A stretch of DNA of 63,983 bases, filler included, from Pelomyxa schiedti (Eukaryota; Protista; Evosea): NCBI GenBank assembly GCA_020536535.1. It is 7 parts of 7 records of this genome, joined end to end, with 100 filler letters (N's around TTAATTAATTAA, not from the genome) between each part and the next. Parts side by side here need not be neighbours in the genome. Positions count along the whole stretch, not along the records: positions 50,249 to 57,057 come from JAHLWZ010001394.1; positions 57,158 to 60,631 come from JAHLWZ010000432.1; positions 60,732 to 63,983 come from JAHLWZ010001785.1; 4 more parts are not named here. One strand, 5' to 3'. Position numbers and translations under genes: made by a program. Below, in pieces: positions 51,704 to 63,983 of this stretch. Under the pieces are notes generated by a model. That model searched no databases and was not told the origin of the DNA. It saw only the letters and a program-made list of their open reading frames with translations. How positions within the stretch are numbered: position 1 is the stretch's first letter; the number at the start of each line of letters is the position of its first letter.

Positions 51704-54700
51704 GTTTCAGCTTCTGACAAGATGGCACACAAGACAGCACTCACAAAGAAGACCCAAAAGCCAAGGCAGCCAGTGAAGTTTTTTATCAAGAAGATGGTGC
51801 AGAAGTGGAGCCCCACATGGACAAAATTGAGATGTTGGAACACATAACAAACTCACTGAAGAGCAACCTGAAGGTATGGGTGAGCTCAATGCAACCAAAG
51901 TCTGTGAAAGAGATGATCAAGCTGGCAGGGCAGAGGGAGGCAGCACTAGCATGGAAGGAAGACCACGAGATGAAGAAGGGTAAAGTCCTGACCACAAAGA
52001 AGGATGAGAGTGATGACACTGAATGAAGCATGGACGAGGCAACACTTACACTGCAGAGGCTGCTAAACAAGTGGCAGTATTCTTGGCCGAGGCACTGAGC
52101 CACCTCAACACGAATGGCAAGTGCACCACAACGGCTACTCCGAGCACGTCAACCAGCACACCTCCGCTGATCCCACCAACTCCAGCACCAACGACAACAT
52201 CGACAACAGCACACGGGGCATCAACAGATTCTGGTGCCCCGAATCAAAACTTTCAAGGAAATCGGAGTCCCAGGGCAGGGGGATGAGATGCACTAACTGC
52301 GGACGAGGGGGACATGAGTGGAGGAACTGTTTCCACCCATGCCGATTCTGTGGAAACTGCAGCGTACATAGCAAGTTCTCTTGCCCAGTCTGGGCTCACC
52401 AACACCCGGAGGAGCATGGTAAGAGGGTGCGTGTGCTGGAGAACGACCTGAAATCGACGAGAGACGCTGCAAGTACTCCCGGTTCTGGCCATTCCTAATG
52501 TTTTAAGTTAGAAAAAATAAGAATTGTTTTTTCAAAGCCCTTCTATATATATATATATTCACGACTTATATTTAGAGAATGAGGTTACTTACTCATCTTG
52601 CATAGGCCGCACTGTGCCGGCTTGTGGTAGGAGGGGCCACGAGCATCACAGTTGCGTCAAAGGGGGCCCTCATGTCGGCCTTCTCCAGACTGACATGCCC
52701 ATATCAACAGTCTCAAAGACCTCATTATACGCCCTACAGGACGTTAATACAGATATGCAGATGTGTACGCAATCTTACCCTGTAGTGGACAGATCCAGGC
52801 ACTCCCAAAATAATTCCAACATCAATCTCGATACCAAGTCACATGCAAAGTATGGGAGTGTATTGGAATACCTGGGTACAAGAGAAGAGGTTGCCTTGCC
52901 CAGTGTAAGAGGCAACGTGGGCAGGACGCATGCAATAATTACCCTTGATTCATGTGCAAATCTTTCGCTCATTGACGAGCACGCATTCAGAGTTTTGCAG
53001 AGCCGGGATCGGCACTTGGTCAGAGAACCTTGGTGCGGAAGTGTTAGTGGAGTAGGAGGAAAGGCGGAGATTACTGGTAGCACTATTCTCAAGGTGAAAG
53101 TCTGCAAGGTGCGGACAGCACATAGATTCGTAATAATGAACAACTGCCCAGTTCAAATTCTCGGCGGTCTGGATCTGCTCACGAAGTTAGGAGCAAGCTT
53201 GCATTTGAAGAGCGGGAGCTACGTTGTGGCAACTGTGTCAAGAAGTTTGAGGGTGACAGAAAGAAGGAGAAATCTGTGTTAACAGCGATGAGCAATACCG
53301 TGCTGTTTCCGGGAATGTCAGTAGAAGTGGATGCCATATCGGACAATCCACGAGATGTCCATGGGACTCTACATATCAGAACATTGGTGCACCCAAGGGG
53401 AATGGTGCGCAACATGCAGGCAAACCTGAAGATCGATGGCAACCGTACCGGAAGAGTACTACTCACTAACAGCAGCAGGGAGATCATCCAGTTGAACAAA
53501 GGGCAGGCAATTGCGGCGGAAACCCACTCTATTCCCAGCGTTCATGCTGCCACAGCCTGTATTAGAGTGAGGAGGATAGAGAAAGAAAAGCAGAGTACCA
53601 AAGATATTGCAGAAGATGCAGCCACATGCCTCATCGCAGAAGAAGAGCCAGATGAGGAAGAGGAAACATATGTGAGGAGAAGACATGTGTAGAAGTTGGG
53701 CCAGGCACCCAGAAGGTACCAATTGAGGATTGGAGAACTGCTGCCATCCAGTGGGACAACCTGGACCGCAATCAAACAGAAAAGTTCATAACACTGCAGC
53801 AAAAATATTCTGGCCTCCTCACTAATGACAAGGCGAAGTTAGGCAGAACCAATTACTGCAGCACCACATACCCACGAAAGTATGTACACCAGTCTACAGA
53901 CCTGCAAAGAAATTTTCACAAAAGGAGGAGCGCATCATTACCAAAGAGCTGGAAGATATGCTAAAGATCCATGTCATAAGGCCGGGCTCCAGTGAATGGG
54001 CAGCACCTTTGGCGTTGTCCGACAAGAAAGATGGCACAAAGAGGTTGTGTACCAACTTCAGGGGGCTCAACCGAGAAACACTGAAGGATCATTACCCACT
54101 CCCAAATGTGATGGAAGTCCTGCAATCACTATCGGGTAATTCCTGGTTCAGCACACTCGATTTGATGTCTGGGTTCTGGCAGGTACCACTTGCACCTGAA
54201 GACATACACAAAACTGGATTTGTATGCAAGGAAGGCCAGTTTCTGATGGAAGTAATGCAGTTCGGGATGGCCAATGCATCCCAGACTTTCCAACGGTTGA
54301 TGGACATCTGCCTGAAGGGCCTCATAGGATCCAAATGTTCTGTGTATATTGATGATATTATCATCACTGGCAGGAGTTACCAGGAACACCTGGAAAACCT
54401 GGAGTTAGTGTATAAAAGGTTGCAAGATGCCAACCTCAAAGCCAGGGCATCAAAATGCAAGTTCGTGAAACATTCAGTCAGCTACTTGGGGCATGTCGTA
54501 TCGGGAAGGTATCCAAATGGATCCAGACAGAGTTCGGTCCCTCACTGAATGGCCAAGTCCAAACAAGTGGCAGGGAGACCTGGAGACATTTATCAACATC
54601 GCTAATTACTATGGGAAATTCATTACAGACCTGGCGATCTTGGCAGCACCACTCCGAGAGCTTGGTCGACCTTTTGTCCCATGAGTGTGTGGTTGGCAAA

Positions 54701-56463
54701 GCACCAGGAGGCCTTCAACAAAATTAAGCAGATGATAGCAAACCGATTGGTACTGGAATACCCAGACTATGAGTCACAGTTTCAACTCACCATCCATGTG
54801 GATGCATGCAGAAGCGGGATGGGTGCTAGCCTTGTACAGCTTGACGGCTCAGGGACAGAGCACATAATAGAACTGGCAAGCAGGGCGACAACAGACCCAG
54901 AGAAGCGTTATCCCATACTGGAACTGGAGGGAGCAGCTGTAATCTGGGCATTGAAAAAATTCCGTCAGTATATCCATGGGATTGGATGTATTGTAAAGAG
55001 TGACCATAAGAGTCTGACATGGATCCAAAACCATGAGAACCCTTCAGATAAAATGGTGCGATGGCAAATGCTCATCAATGACTTCGGGGCAGTCATAGAG
55101 TATCGACCAGGGAAGCAGGCTGGGGATGCTGATAGCCTGTCTTGGCGCCCACAAATCCTGGCAAGTAATCATGATTCCATATTTGCAGGACACATGTCAG
55201 CAGAGTATACATTCCTAAGGATAAGTGGGTACTTCTGGTGGGTGGGCATGAGGCAAGACATCTCCAACTACTGTGAATCTTGCACGGAATGCATCGGGGC
55301 AAAGGGTAGAGCCTCTACAAGCAAGGCTATAGGTTACCCACTCCCTGTGCCAGAAAGACCTGGAGAAGTAATTAGTATGGATTTTATTGGGCCATTTACT
55401 GTCACCTCTCTGCACAAGAAGCGGTACATTTTGGTAATAGTAGACCAGTTCAGTGGGGATGTTGAGCTAAAGGCAACACGCCACGCAGACGCACATACAG
55501 TAGCCAAAGCTGTGGTGAACATATGGATTTCTAGGCATGGGATCCCTGACACAATCATTAGCGATAGGGGGTCACACTTTGTGAATGAAACCATGAAACA
55601 GCTGTGTGAATCCCTACGAATTGCCCACAGGAAGTCCACTCCATACCATCCACAAACAGATGGCAAAACTGAGAAGTTCAACCGGCTCATTGTAGAAATG
55701 CTGCGAATATATGTAAATAAGTCAAAGACCAACTGGGATGAGCTGCTACCTCTCCTTGCCTTCGCTTACAGGACAACGATGTCAAGAACTACAGGGCTTT
55801 CTCCATTCTTCCTGGAACATGGTAGAGATTGCCGGACAACTGGCAACATAATGGCACCTCCAAATCTTGCACAGCCTTCGCACCCTGAAGAAATGGTTGA
55901 AAGGATACGCAAAGTGTGGGGCATTGCACAACATACTGCGGAAATAGCGCAGCAGGCATGGGAATCCAAGACTGCCAGCACTGCAACAAATCCATTCAAG
56001 GTGGGTGACCTAGTGTATGTACTGAAATACACCAAGGCACCTGCACATCCTACAAAGGGGAAACTTGCACGCAAATGGAAAGGGCCATTTCGCATTGTCG
56101 AGGTCCCTTGTTAATGCAAAAGTTAGTCAACATAGGCTACCTTCATTCAGCAAGGAGAGAAACTGTACCACACAGAATACAGGCGAAGAGAGTGGAAGTA
56201 TCCCCGTTGTCAACACAAAAGTACCTGAGGGTGTATCCAAGGCTGATACACCGAAGGAGAAGACACAAACCAGCACACCAGAATCTAACAAGGGTGAGTA
56301 TGATGTCGAAAGCATACTAGGGAGCAGAGTAAGGAGGGGAAAAAAGCAGTATCTAATACACTGGAAGGGATTTCAGGACAAAGACAACTCTTGGGAAGAC
56401 AAGCAAAACTGCGCGGGATGCAAACAACTCATAAAGGAGTGGAAAACAAAGAATTGGACATGA
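51269..56463 (+). mobile_element. Ty3/gypsy chromovirus-type LTR retrotransposon, decayed (gag-PR-RT-RH-IN-chromodomain)
   Basis: PBS-like TGGTGGAGG at 51269; CCHC knuckle CTNCGRGGHEWRNC; protease LDSCA; RT DLMSGFWQV..QFGMANA..VYIDD; RNase H VDAC..ELE..SDH; integrase GHM..CESC, MDF..SDRG..TEKFN; KGPF; chromodomain EYDVESIL..YLIHWKGF..SWE. Several frameshifts and stops. Confidence 0.95.
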
Positions 56464-57157
56464 GTATAACACAAATACAATTTAAAAAAAAAAAAAAAAA
56501 GAAGCTACACACAGATACAACAGCGCAGAATACACTGCAACTACCGGTGACGAACGCAGACGCCTCGACGGCAACAACCACAAACAAGCGCTCCGATGCA
56601 TTTCAGATCTCTCACCCCGAGATGATCAGATTCCTCCGACTCAGTGAGTTCGTGTACTTTATGGAAGTACACATGTTCCCCCAATACTCTGGACCATGTG
56701 GCTGTTTGTCCAAAGTCAAAGGAAAAAAAAGGAAACCCAACGCGTTGGTGGTTCCCGGGGCGGGGTCCAAGTGACACCCACATGGACTGTGATCGTTGTG
56801 TGTGGTGATGATGGAGCCACGGCTGAATAATAACACAGCAACATCAAGGTACCTTGTTGTTCTTCTCTCCGACCCTGCTAACTCCATTTTGCAGGTGTGG
56901 ATGGCGTGGCATACTGTAGCTTGCCTGGTCTCCTACGCTTCCTCACTCCTCACATCCTCCTGCATGTGTGTGTGTGGTATGTTTCCATTTTGTTTTAGGT
57001 CTCCCTCACTCCAACATCGGACTCCCTCATGCAGCAACTCAGTCGGACTTAAACTTCNNNNNNNNNNNNNNNNNNNNNNNNNNNNNNNNNNNNNNNNNNN
57101 NTTAATTAATTAANNNNNNNNNNNNNNNNNNNNNNNNNNNNNNNNNNNNNNNNNNNN

Positions 57158-57391
57158 GAGGGCATCCCGCCCGAGTTGGCTGAAATCATCACTGGCTGCT
57201 GGGATCAGGACTATCACAAGAGGCCAAGTATGTTTCCCCGCTTTTCACCACACAATTGCACATTCACCTGGCCACAAGACAGACTGTGAATGAATCACTG
57301 ACTCACTCACAACCACAACAACAAACACATGACAGGTTTCGCGCAGGCGACCACCCTCCTCGAGGCTGTCCTCACTTCCCTCAAGTCCTGA
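57158..57391 (+). CDS. C-terminal fragment of a TKL-type protein kinase (contig edge)
   Basis: EGIPPELAEIITGCWDQDYHKRP| intron |..FAQATTLLEAVLTSLKS*. Confidence 0.75.
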
Positions 57392-57695
57392 TTCTGACGT
57401 TTTTCTGCGGAAACCCTTGGTCAATTCTCGTGTAGAAAACGGAATACCATGCTGTCATTCCACGCGGAGTTACTGTGGATCCACGCCACAACAACACTGT
57501 GTTGTAAGTGTCCATCTGCGTCAATCAAATTTCCTTTCGTCGAAATGTTGTCACAGGGTACCCTCGACTAAAGAAGTTCGGAACGCACAAGTAAACGTGC
57601 GGAAAACCAACAAACATGCACAAACAATCAAACATAAAAGAGAAACCGCACACCAACGACCTCGCCGTTTCGTAGTACCCCCAGTGCCCACCCAC

Positions 57696-60631
57696 ATGCC
57701 AACTACCCTCGTTGTACATCATCCTCCTACCAACAACAACAACTCCCCATGTACTTGTAGATCAACACAAAGTTGTTCCTCCTCGCACTCTCTTCGATCC
57801 TCACATTTTTGTTCCCTGCTGTGCCGCGGCCGCCTCCTCCCGCTCGTGGTGGCCGCCGCCGTCGTGGCCTCCGCGTTCGTCGTCTCCTCCGCTGGGCCCA
57901 GCCCCGTCGCTGCCGCCGAGTCCTACTCGTACTCGCCGTCCTACTCGTCCTCCTCCGGGTCTTCGTCGTCCCACTCTCTTTCGTACTCGTCCTCCTCCGG
58001 ATCTTCATCGTCCCAATCTATGTCGTACTCGTCCTCCGACTCTTCGTCGTCACGGTCTATGTCCTACTCCTCGTCGTACTCATCCTCCTCCTCCTCCTCC
58101 TCCTCCTCCGAGTCTTCGTCGTCGTACTCGTACTCCTCCTCCTCCGAGTCTTCGTCGTCCCAGTCTCTGTCGTCGTCGTCCAACTCGATGTGGTCCGAGG
58201 ACGTGTTCATCTACGGGCTGCAGCAGAGCACCACGGGGGGCACGGATCTGCCCATCTCGGGGCTGACTGTAAACGTCGCGGAGAGGTACGCCGACGCGAC
58301 CTCGTACTGCTCCTGGCGTCCCACAATCGAGGCGTCGGGCACCACCCTGGTGGCGGTGGGCGCGGGCCCCGTTGATATTGGCGCCGCGTGGGCCACCGTG
58401 GCTGTCTATGATGGGACAACCAGCTCGGGCGAGGACTGGCTGTACCCGGTGGACTTTGGCACCTGCGAAGACACGACGTGCGACGATTATGGGTGCCCTA
58501 GTTACCCCGGGGGTCTGGAATCACCCGAGGCCAGGGTGCTTGTTGATGCCCATTGTTTCGACGAGACTTGGGTGGCTTTCACTGATACATCGAATCCAGA
58601 GATACTGATGTGGTACCGGCCGGATTATGAAGGGGGCTGGTATTCTTTTTTTAACTCCACCATGGGTGGATTCGGACCAAAGTTCATTGACGCGGCTATA
58701 TCTCCAGACTGTGGCACTATTTATATGACCGACTTGTCTACTGGGTGGATTGTGGCACTTGATGTGGAAACTCAGACGATATCAGCTTTTATGGGTTTGA
58801 GCTATGCGGATAAAGTTGGTGGCATCGCTTTGGACTGCAATACCAATCTCTTGTGTGTTCTCAACTTTTCTGCTTTTCTTAAGCACAAGTTAACAGTTTC
58901 TCAACCTAGGTACCAGAGTGTCAAAACCTCAGGATCCTATAGCCTTCTCGTTATGGAAACTAATCCCCTGAGTACCGTTGCGTCCATTCCTATATCAACA
59001 CTATTAGTGCAGCTGTGGATGGAGTGTAAACCAGATTTCGTTCTGTACGGCATCAATCGCCAGTCAGATGTGTCACAACCTCGATCATCAATTGGGGTCC
59101 ACCTTTCACAAAACTACACTGATCTCATCGAGTCATGCACATGGGAGACAACACCCTCAGACGAAATCACGGTTGAATATTCCGATGTTGGCTGGGCCTA
59201 TGCCAANNNNNNNNNNNNNNNNNNNNNNNNNNNNNNNNNNNNNNNNNNNNNNNNNNNNNNNNNNNNNNNNNNNNNNNNNNNNNNNNNNNNNNNNNNNNNN
59301 NNNNNNCATCAATTGGGGTCCACCTTTCACAAAACTACACTGATCTCATCGAGTCATGCACATGGGAGACAACACCCTCAGACGAAATCACGGTTGAATA
59401 TTCCGATGTTGGCTGGGCCTATGCCAAAACTTCCGGGGGTTATGCACTGTTGGCTGAGAACTTTGACGCGTGCGGTACCGCTGAAAATGTGGCACCTGGC
59501 GTTTCGGGGCAAGCAATGGGGCTTGTAAATGTTCCCTGCGAAAAAGGGGTGTGGGTGGCCACCAACAACATCGGCGGCACAATGACATGGTTCAGAAGAG
59601 GAAGCAGTGGTGATTGGGAAAGTACTGGTTTTGTCTTTATCCAGCTAGAGGCGGACAATGTATTCACCGACACTGCCATGTCCAATGATTGCAGCACAAT
59701 ATTTCTGACCGATGCGGGACATAAAAAAATATATCAGAGTATGACCATTGCTCCCTTTGGAATGGAGGAGTTCTTTTCATTGGAGTCATGGAATTCAGTT
59801 GGAGGCCTGGCTGTTAACTGTGACACAGATACAATGTGTGTGCGCACTTGATTGTTTCATGCTGCCCACTAACATCTCATCAGATTTCAAAGTGTCAGTG
59901 ATGACTCTGGGAGGAACTATCTTTTGGAAATACATTACAATAAAACTGTGCTTAGAACGATTCCAACAGAGGAACTATTTTCANNNNNNNNNNNNNNNNN
60001 NNNNNNNNNNNNNNNNNNNNNNNNNNNNNNNNNNNNNNNNNNNNNNNNNNNNNNNNNNNNNNNNNNNNNNNNNNNNNNNNNNNAAGTGTCAGTGATGACT
60101 CTGGGAGGAACTATCTTTTGGAAATACATTACAATAAAACTGTGCTTAGAACGATTCCAACAGAGGAACTATTTTCACAGCTCATGTATCAGAACGACTG
60201 CTCTATAAGTTCATACTCATCTTCCCTGTCTTCATCTCATTCATCGCAGTCTTCATCACAATCTTCATCACAATCTTCATCACAGTCTTCACAGTCTTTG
60301 TCCCAATCTTCATCACAGTCATCATCACACTCTCAATCTCAGTCCTCATCACAGTCTCAATCCCAGTCCTCATCACGGTCTCAATCCATATCGCAGCCTC
60401 AATCCCTGTCCACTTCCATATCTCAGTCTCAATCACATTCAACCTCCATGATACAGTCTGAATCAAGTTCGGATTTAGACATACCTGACGCCTTCCTTGT
60501 TGGAATGCCTTTGCCACAGTGTGATTCCTCATGGAGCACCACAATCGATACAATCACTGTGTCTTTCGAAGACAATAACGTCACAACCACCAAGACATGC
60601 AAGTGGAGGCCAGAACCAAATTCCACATTCG
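57696..60631 (+). CDS. Large secreted/surface protein with Ser-rich spacers and a repeated Cys-containing beta module (partial)
   Basis: Hydrophobic leader LLPLVVAAAVVASAFVV, Ser/Tyr tract, repeated module (CSWRP/CTWET/CKWRP; FIDAAISPDCGTIYMTD vs FTDTAMSNDCSTIFLTD; GGIALDCNTN vs GGLAVNCDTD), second Ser/Gln tract. Truncated at the contig end. Confidence 0.75.
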
Positions 60632-60731
60632 NNNNNNNNNNNNNNNNNNNNNNNNNNNNNNNNNNNNNNNNNNNNTTAATTAATTAANNNNNNNNNNNNN
60701 NNNNNNNNNNNNNNNNNNNNNNNNNNNNNNN

Positions 60732-62822
60732 TGGGTGTCACCTGATGGCTCGGGTGACATCTACCATGGTCAGTTTGACCACGGCAAGAAATGTGGAACA
60801 GGGAGTATCCTGTTTGGTGCTGGAGGAGGGAGTTATGTTGGTGAGTGGAAGGGTGACGTGTTCCATGGTCGGGGTGTGAGGCTGTGGGCAAACGGTGACA
60901 GGTATGATGGCCAGTGGGTGCAGGGGAAGGAGCATGGTGAAGGAACCAAGACGTGGAGCAGGGATGGCTCGTTGTTCACTGGGTTGTGGGAGGGTGGTGT
61001 TCCAACAAAGGGGATGAGGAGGTGGCCAAACGGTGACATATTTGAAGGCACATTCACACAAGTGCCCCAGGGGGGTGGTGGAAGCATCTGTGAGTTCCAT
61101 GGGGAGGGTGCACTGACACTATCCAAGTCGCCATCTGGGGATGTTGGCATGCTGAAGGGAACTCTCAACAACAACCTCTTTCAAGGTGTGAGTGCAGGAG
61201 TCCAACATCAAATGGGATCATCACTTCCACAGTTTGAACACCATGAACAGATCGAGGTGTGTAGTTCTTTTTGGGTGGGGTGCTTGGCTCACAAATAAAA
61301 TACAATACAGAAACTGAAAAAAGATCACAACAAAGAGAAAAGCGATCTTGAGGCAAAACTGAAAGAAGAAATGAGAGCAGCCAAAGAACACTGGGAAGTG
61401 TGTGCTGTGTCTCTTACTCTCTCTTCAATCCAATTTATTGCTTCTGACACGTGTTCCTTTCCCACTTAAAGCAAGTAACAGAAAGAAATAATGAGCAGCA
61501 CAGTGAGCAAATCAACCAAGTGAAGAAAAACCTCCAACAACTGCAAGAGAAACTACAAAAAACCCAAGAAGAAGAAGATGATGAAAGGAAGTCAGTTCTC
61601 GCCAGCCATCCTGAACTGAGGGAAGCTTTCGAATCAGCAAAGTTGCTCCAGTCTCAGTTGATGACTTTCGCATCAGAGTTCGTCCTGCTTGATGAATCAG
61701 TGAAAAAGCTGAATGACAGTCTCCAGAGAGCAACAGAATCCAACGAGGAACTGGCATCACACCTGAAGAAGCTCAGTGAACAGAAAGGCGCACTGGTTAT
61801 GAAACTCAACGAATCAGATTCAGCATGCAAGAAGCTCCTTGGGCAGACACTGACGGTGCAAAACAGCGAGCCTGAGATCCAGGAGTGTGCCAGGAACATC
61901 TCAACACTCACAAAAAAGGTTTTGGGAATCAAGTCCTCTGCCACTTCAATGTACACTGGTCCGAAAGAAGAAGGTAAAAACACTCATTATCTGTTGACTT
62001 GACAAACAAAATAAAACAACACAGAGAGTGATGATGTTAACACTGTGGATGACATTCTGATGAAACTTCGCACCGCGAAGGACCTACAGTTTCAACGTGA
62101 TAATACATTCACACCACCATTCCAATTGCTGTGCACTCTCTCAGACACACTCGCACGACTCCAGAGGTGCCAGTTTGCAGAGTGCACAAAGCTCGCCGAC
62201 AAACACACAGTGTTGTCAAAGGAGCTGTCTGAGCAGGTTTCAATTGGAGGCACACTCCACAAGGCCATCGAGGAGACACAGAGAGAATGTTCGGAGCTTC
62301 AGAGGGAACACAATGGCAAGTGGAAGCTTCAGCGAGGGTTGGAGGGTGATGAGAGGTTCATTGGGATGCCTTGTGTGTGGTCTCAGCTCTCTGAGTTGCT
62401 CCCTCAGGCTCAACAAGCCATTGTGGATCTCATGGTTTCCAAGGCCACGTCATCCTCTGCCTCTTTCGCATCGTCTGGTTTTCACCACGACGATACTCAT
62501 TCCAGCCAGCAACAACAACGAAGGTCAACAGCAGGAGGAACAACTCTTCCAGGATGCACTGCTGCATCAACATCGTTCTCAGTGTCATCAGCCTTGCCTT
62601 CATCATCAGTTTGCATGGAATGTGAAGAGAGGCCACCCGACGTGCAGTTGCAGCCTTGTGGCCACGTTGTCCTCTGCTCCCAGGTATGTCTTTCTGACTG
62701 TGTGAATCACCACCCTTTTTTTTCCCTCGAACCTAACACCCAACAAACACACACAGTGTGCAGCAGTCATGAAAAAGTGCCCTCGTTGTCGCACCTTCAT
62801 CAAGAACCAAATTCATCTGTAG
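60732..62822 (+). CDS. MORN-repeat, coiled-coil, C3HC4 RING finger protein (5' partial; likely E3 ligase)
   Basis: MORN array in ORF 60735..61298, coiled-coil exons, and RING CMECEERPPDVQLQPCGHVVLCSQ|CAAVMKKCPRCR. Confidence 0.88.
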
Positions 62823-63326
62823 CTGCGAAGTGACATGAAATTCCAACAAAAAACCTTGTCAAGTAAAAAAAAGGTCGCTCCTGCGATGGTGATGCCACAA
62901 GGAGGGAGGACAAGCACACGGCGCGGTGCGGCGGCAGTGCTGGTCGCGGGGGCGCTGTGGTCCGGGGGTGCCGCGGCGGTGGGGGACGGCGGGGAGTGGG
63001 TGCACCCTGATTCCAAAGTGTGTGCAAGTTCCCCAATTTGGATGGGATTGGGGAGATTTAAGACAATTTGTGTGAACATTGGGTACCTGAATTTGTACCC
63101 AAAATTGGTAGTCGAAACCCAAAGTGGGTTCTCAGGAAGACCCTGCAGATTTGCAGGATGACTTGAGGCTTGTGGCCTGAGCCAAACTACACTGAGAGTT
63201 ACCCAGCCTCTCAGATTCCAAGCACCACCTGATGACCACCATCGGCAAAAAAACGCCCCTTTTTTTTCCTTCTTTGCCCGAGACCAGCGGAACGAACGCC
63301 AAACTGTGAGTCGTGACGTGGAGGGA

Positions 63327-63983
63327 TGTGTCCTGTTATCTAGCTTAAAAACGTGCGATAGTGGACTTAAGGGGTTTCTATTTTCTTCGTAAACTACTTT
63401 ATTCTAAGGGTCCTAAGGCTTGGGTGATGGTGACATCATATCTATTGTGGCCTAACAGATCTTCCTCAGGGTCCCCCCTGAGTGTCCCTTTAGCTCCCTT
63501 AAGAGATATCACACACTCCCCCCTCATCTTACATGCTTTGTGGTATGCCCCCTTTCACCCCCTTGTCACTCACCAGCCCAGAGGTAGTGGGATCCCTTCC
63601 TTCAGGGTCTTCCCCGCACCACGCGGTCCTGTCGGCGCTGAGCCTTGAACTCCTTGATGAGTGACAAACATCCGGCGCAGTCGTCCTCGTACTGCCATGT
63701 GTTCTGTGTGTACCTCCCCTCCTTCCTCTGCCAATCTTTCATGGCACTTGCATAGCTGGCCAAGGTTTATAAGCTTGTGTGACTCACCTCCTTCCAGGTC
63801 CTCGAGCCTTGCAGCTCCTTCCACTGGGATGGCCACAATGCGGTAAGGCCCCTTCCACTTGGATGGGCAGGAGCTCATCCCAGTTGTTCTTATCCCGGTT
63901 GGTATATATCCTGAGCATTTCCACCAATACCCTGTTGTATCGCTCTGTCTTCCCATCTGTTTGGGGGTGGTATGGGGTTGTGT
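63327..63983 (-). mobile_element. 3' end of a Ty3/gypsy element: integrase remnant, PPT (63516-63525) and 3' LTR (63327-63515)
   Basis: Minus strand reads TTPYHPQTDGKTERYNRVLVEMLRIY and KWKGPYRIV. GAGGGGGGAG is followed by TGTGT...ACACA. Confidence 0.85.

Noticed and set aside
53958-54548. Reverse transcriptase as a possible retron, DGR or defence RT
   Set aside because: Context (gag knuckle, protease, RNase H, integrase, chromodomain) and motifs are those of a Ty3/gypsy element.
59084-59427. Exact duplication flanking an N gap
   Set aside because: Unmerged contig overlap. It also creates the false C-terminus of ORF 57417..59528.
59890-60178. Exact duplication flanking an N gap
   Set aside because: Same scaffold overlap artifact.

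Overview
This window is eukaryotic, intron-rich protist DNA, not one continuous locus. Seven contigs are joined by artificial N-TTAATTAATTAA-N linkers (1-19152, 19253-31111, 31212-45134, 45235-50148, 50249-57057, 57158-60631, 60732-63983), and there are three internal 100-N scaffold gaps. Genes are densely packed, with many short (about 40-50 nt) introns that have degenerate donors, and GC-rich first exons. The gene repertoire suggests an amoebozoan, most reminiscent of the anaerobic archamoeba Pelomyxa (inference, not verified). Conserved genes recognised: a STE20-type kinase, GOLGA7/ERF4, a ROCO kinase, RPA1, a sirtuin, ARF, DBP2/DDX5, WTAP, a SET-MYND protein and MORN(-RING) proteins. Ty3/gypsy LTR retrotransposon pieces include a decayed chromovirus and an LTR element inserted into one of two MORN-RING paralogs. 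The most unusual items are: (i) a single spliced gene fusing a multi-pass membrane domain to a bacterial-type secreted alpha/beta-hydrolase; (ii) an intron-containing DRB0094/Rnl5-family RNA ligase; (iii) a PINK1-like kinase with DFG changed to NFG; (iv) possible hairpin-ACA RNAs in DBP2 introns; (v) a foldback covering the chromovirus primer-binding site; (vi) a large secreted protein with a repeated Cys-containing module. Exon structures were inferred by eye, so multi-exon coordinates are approximate.
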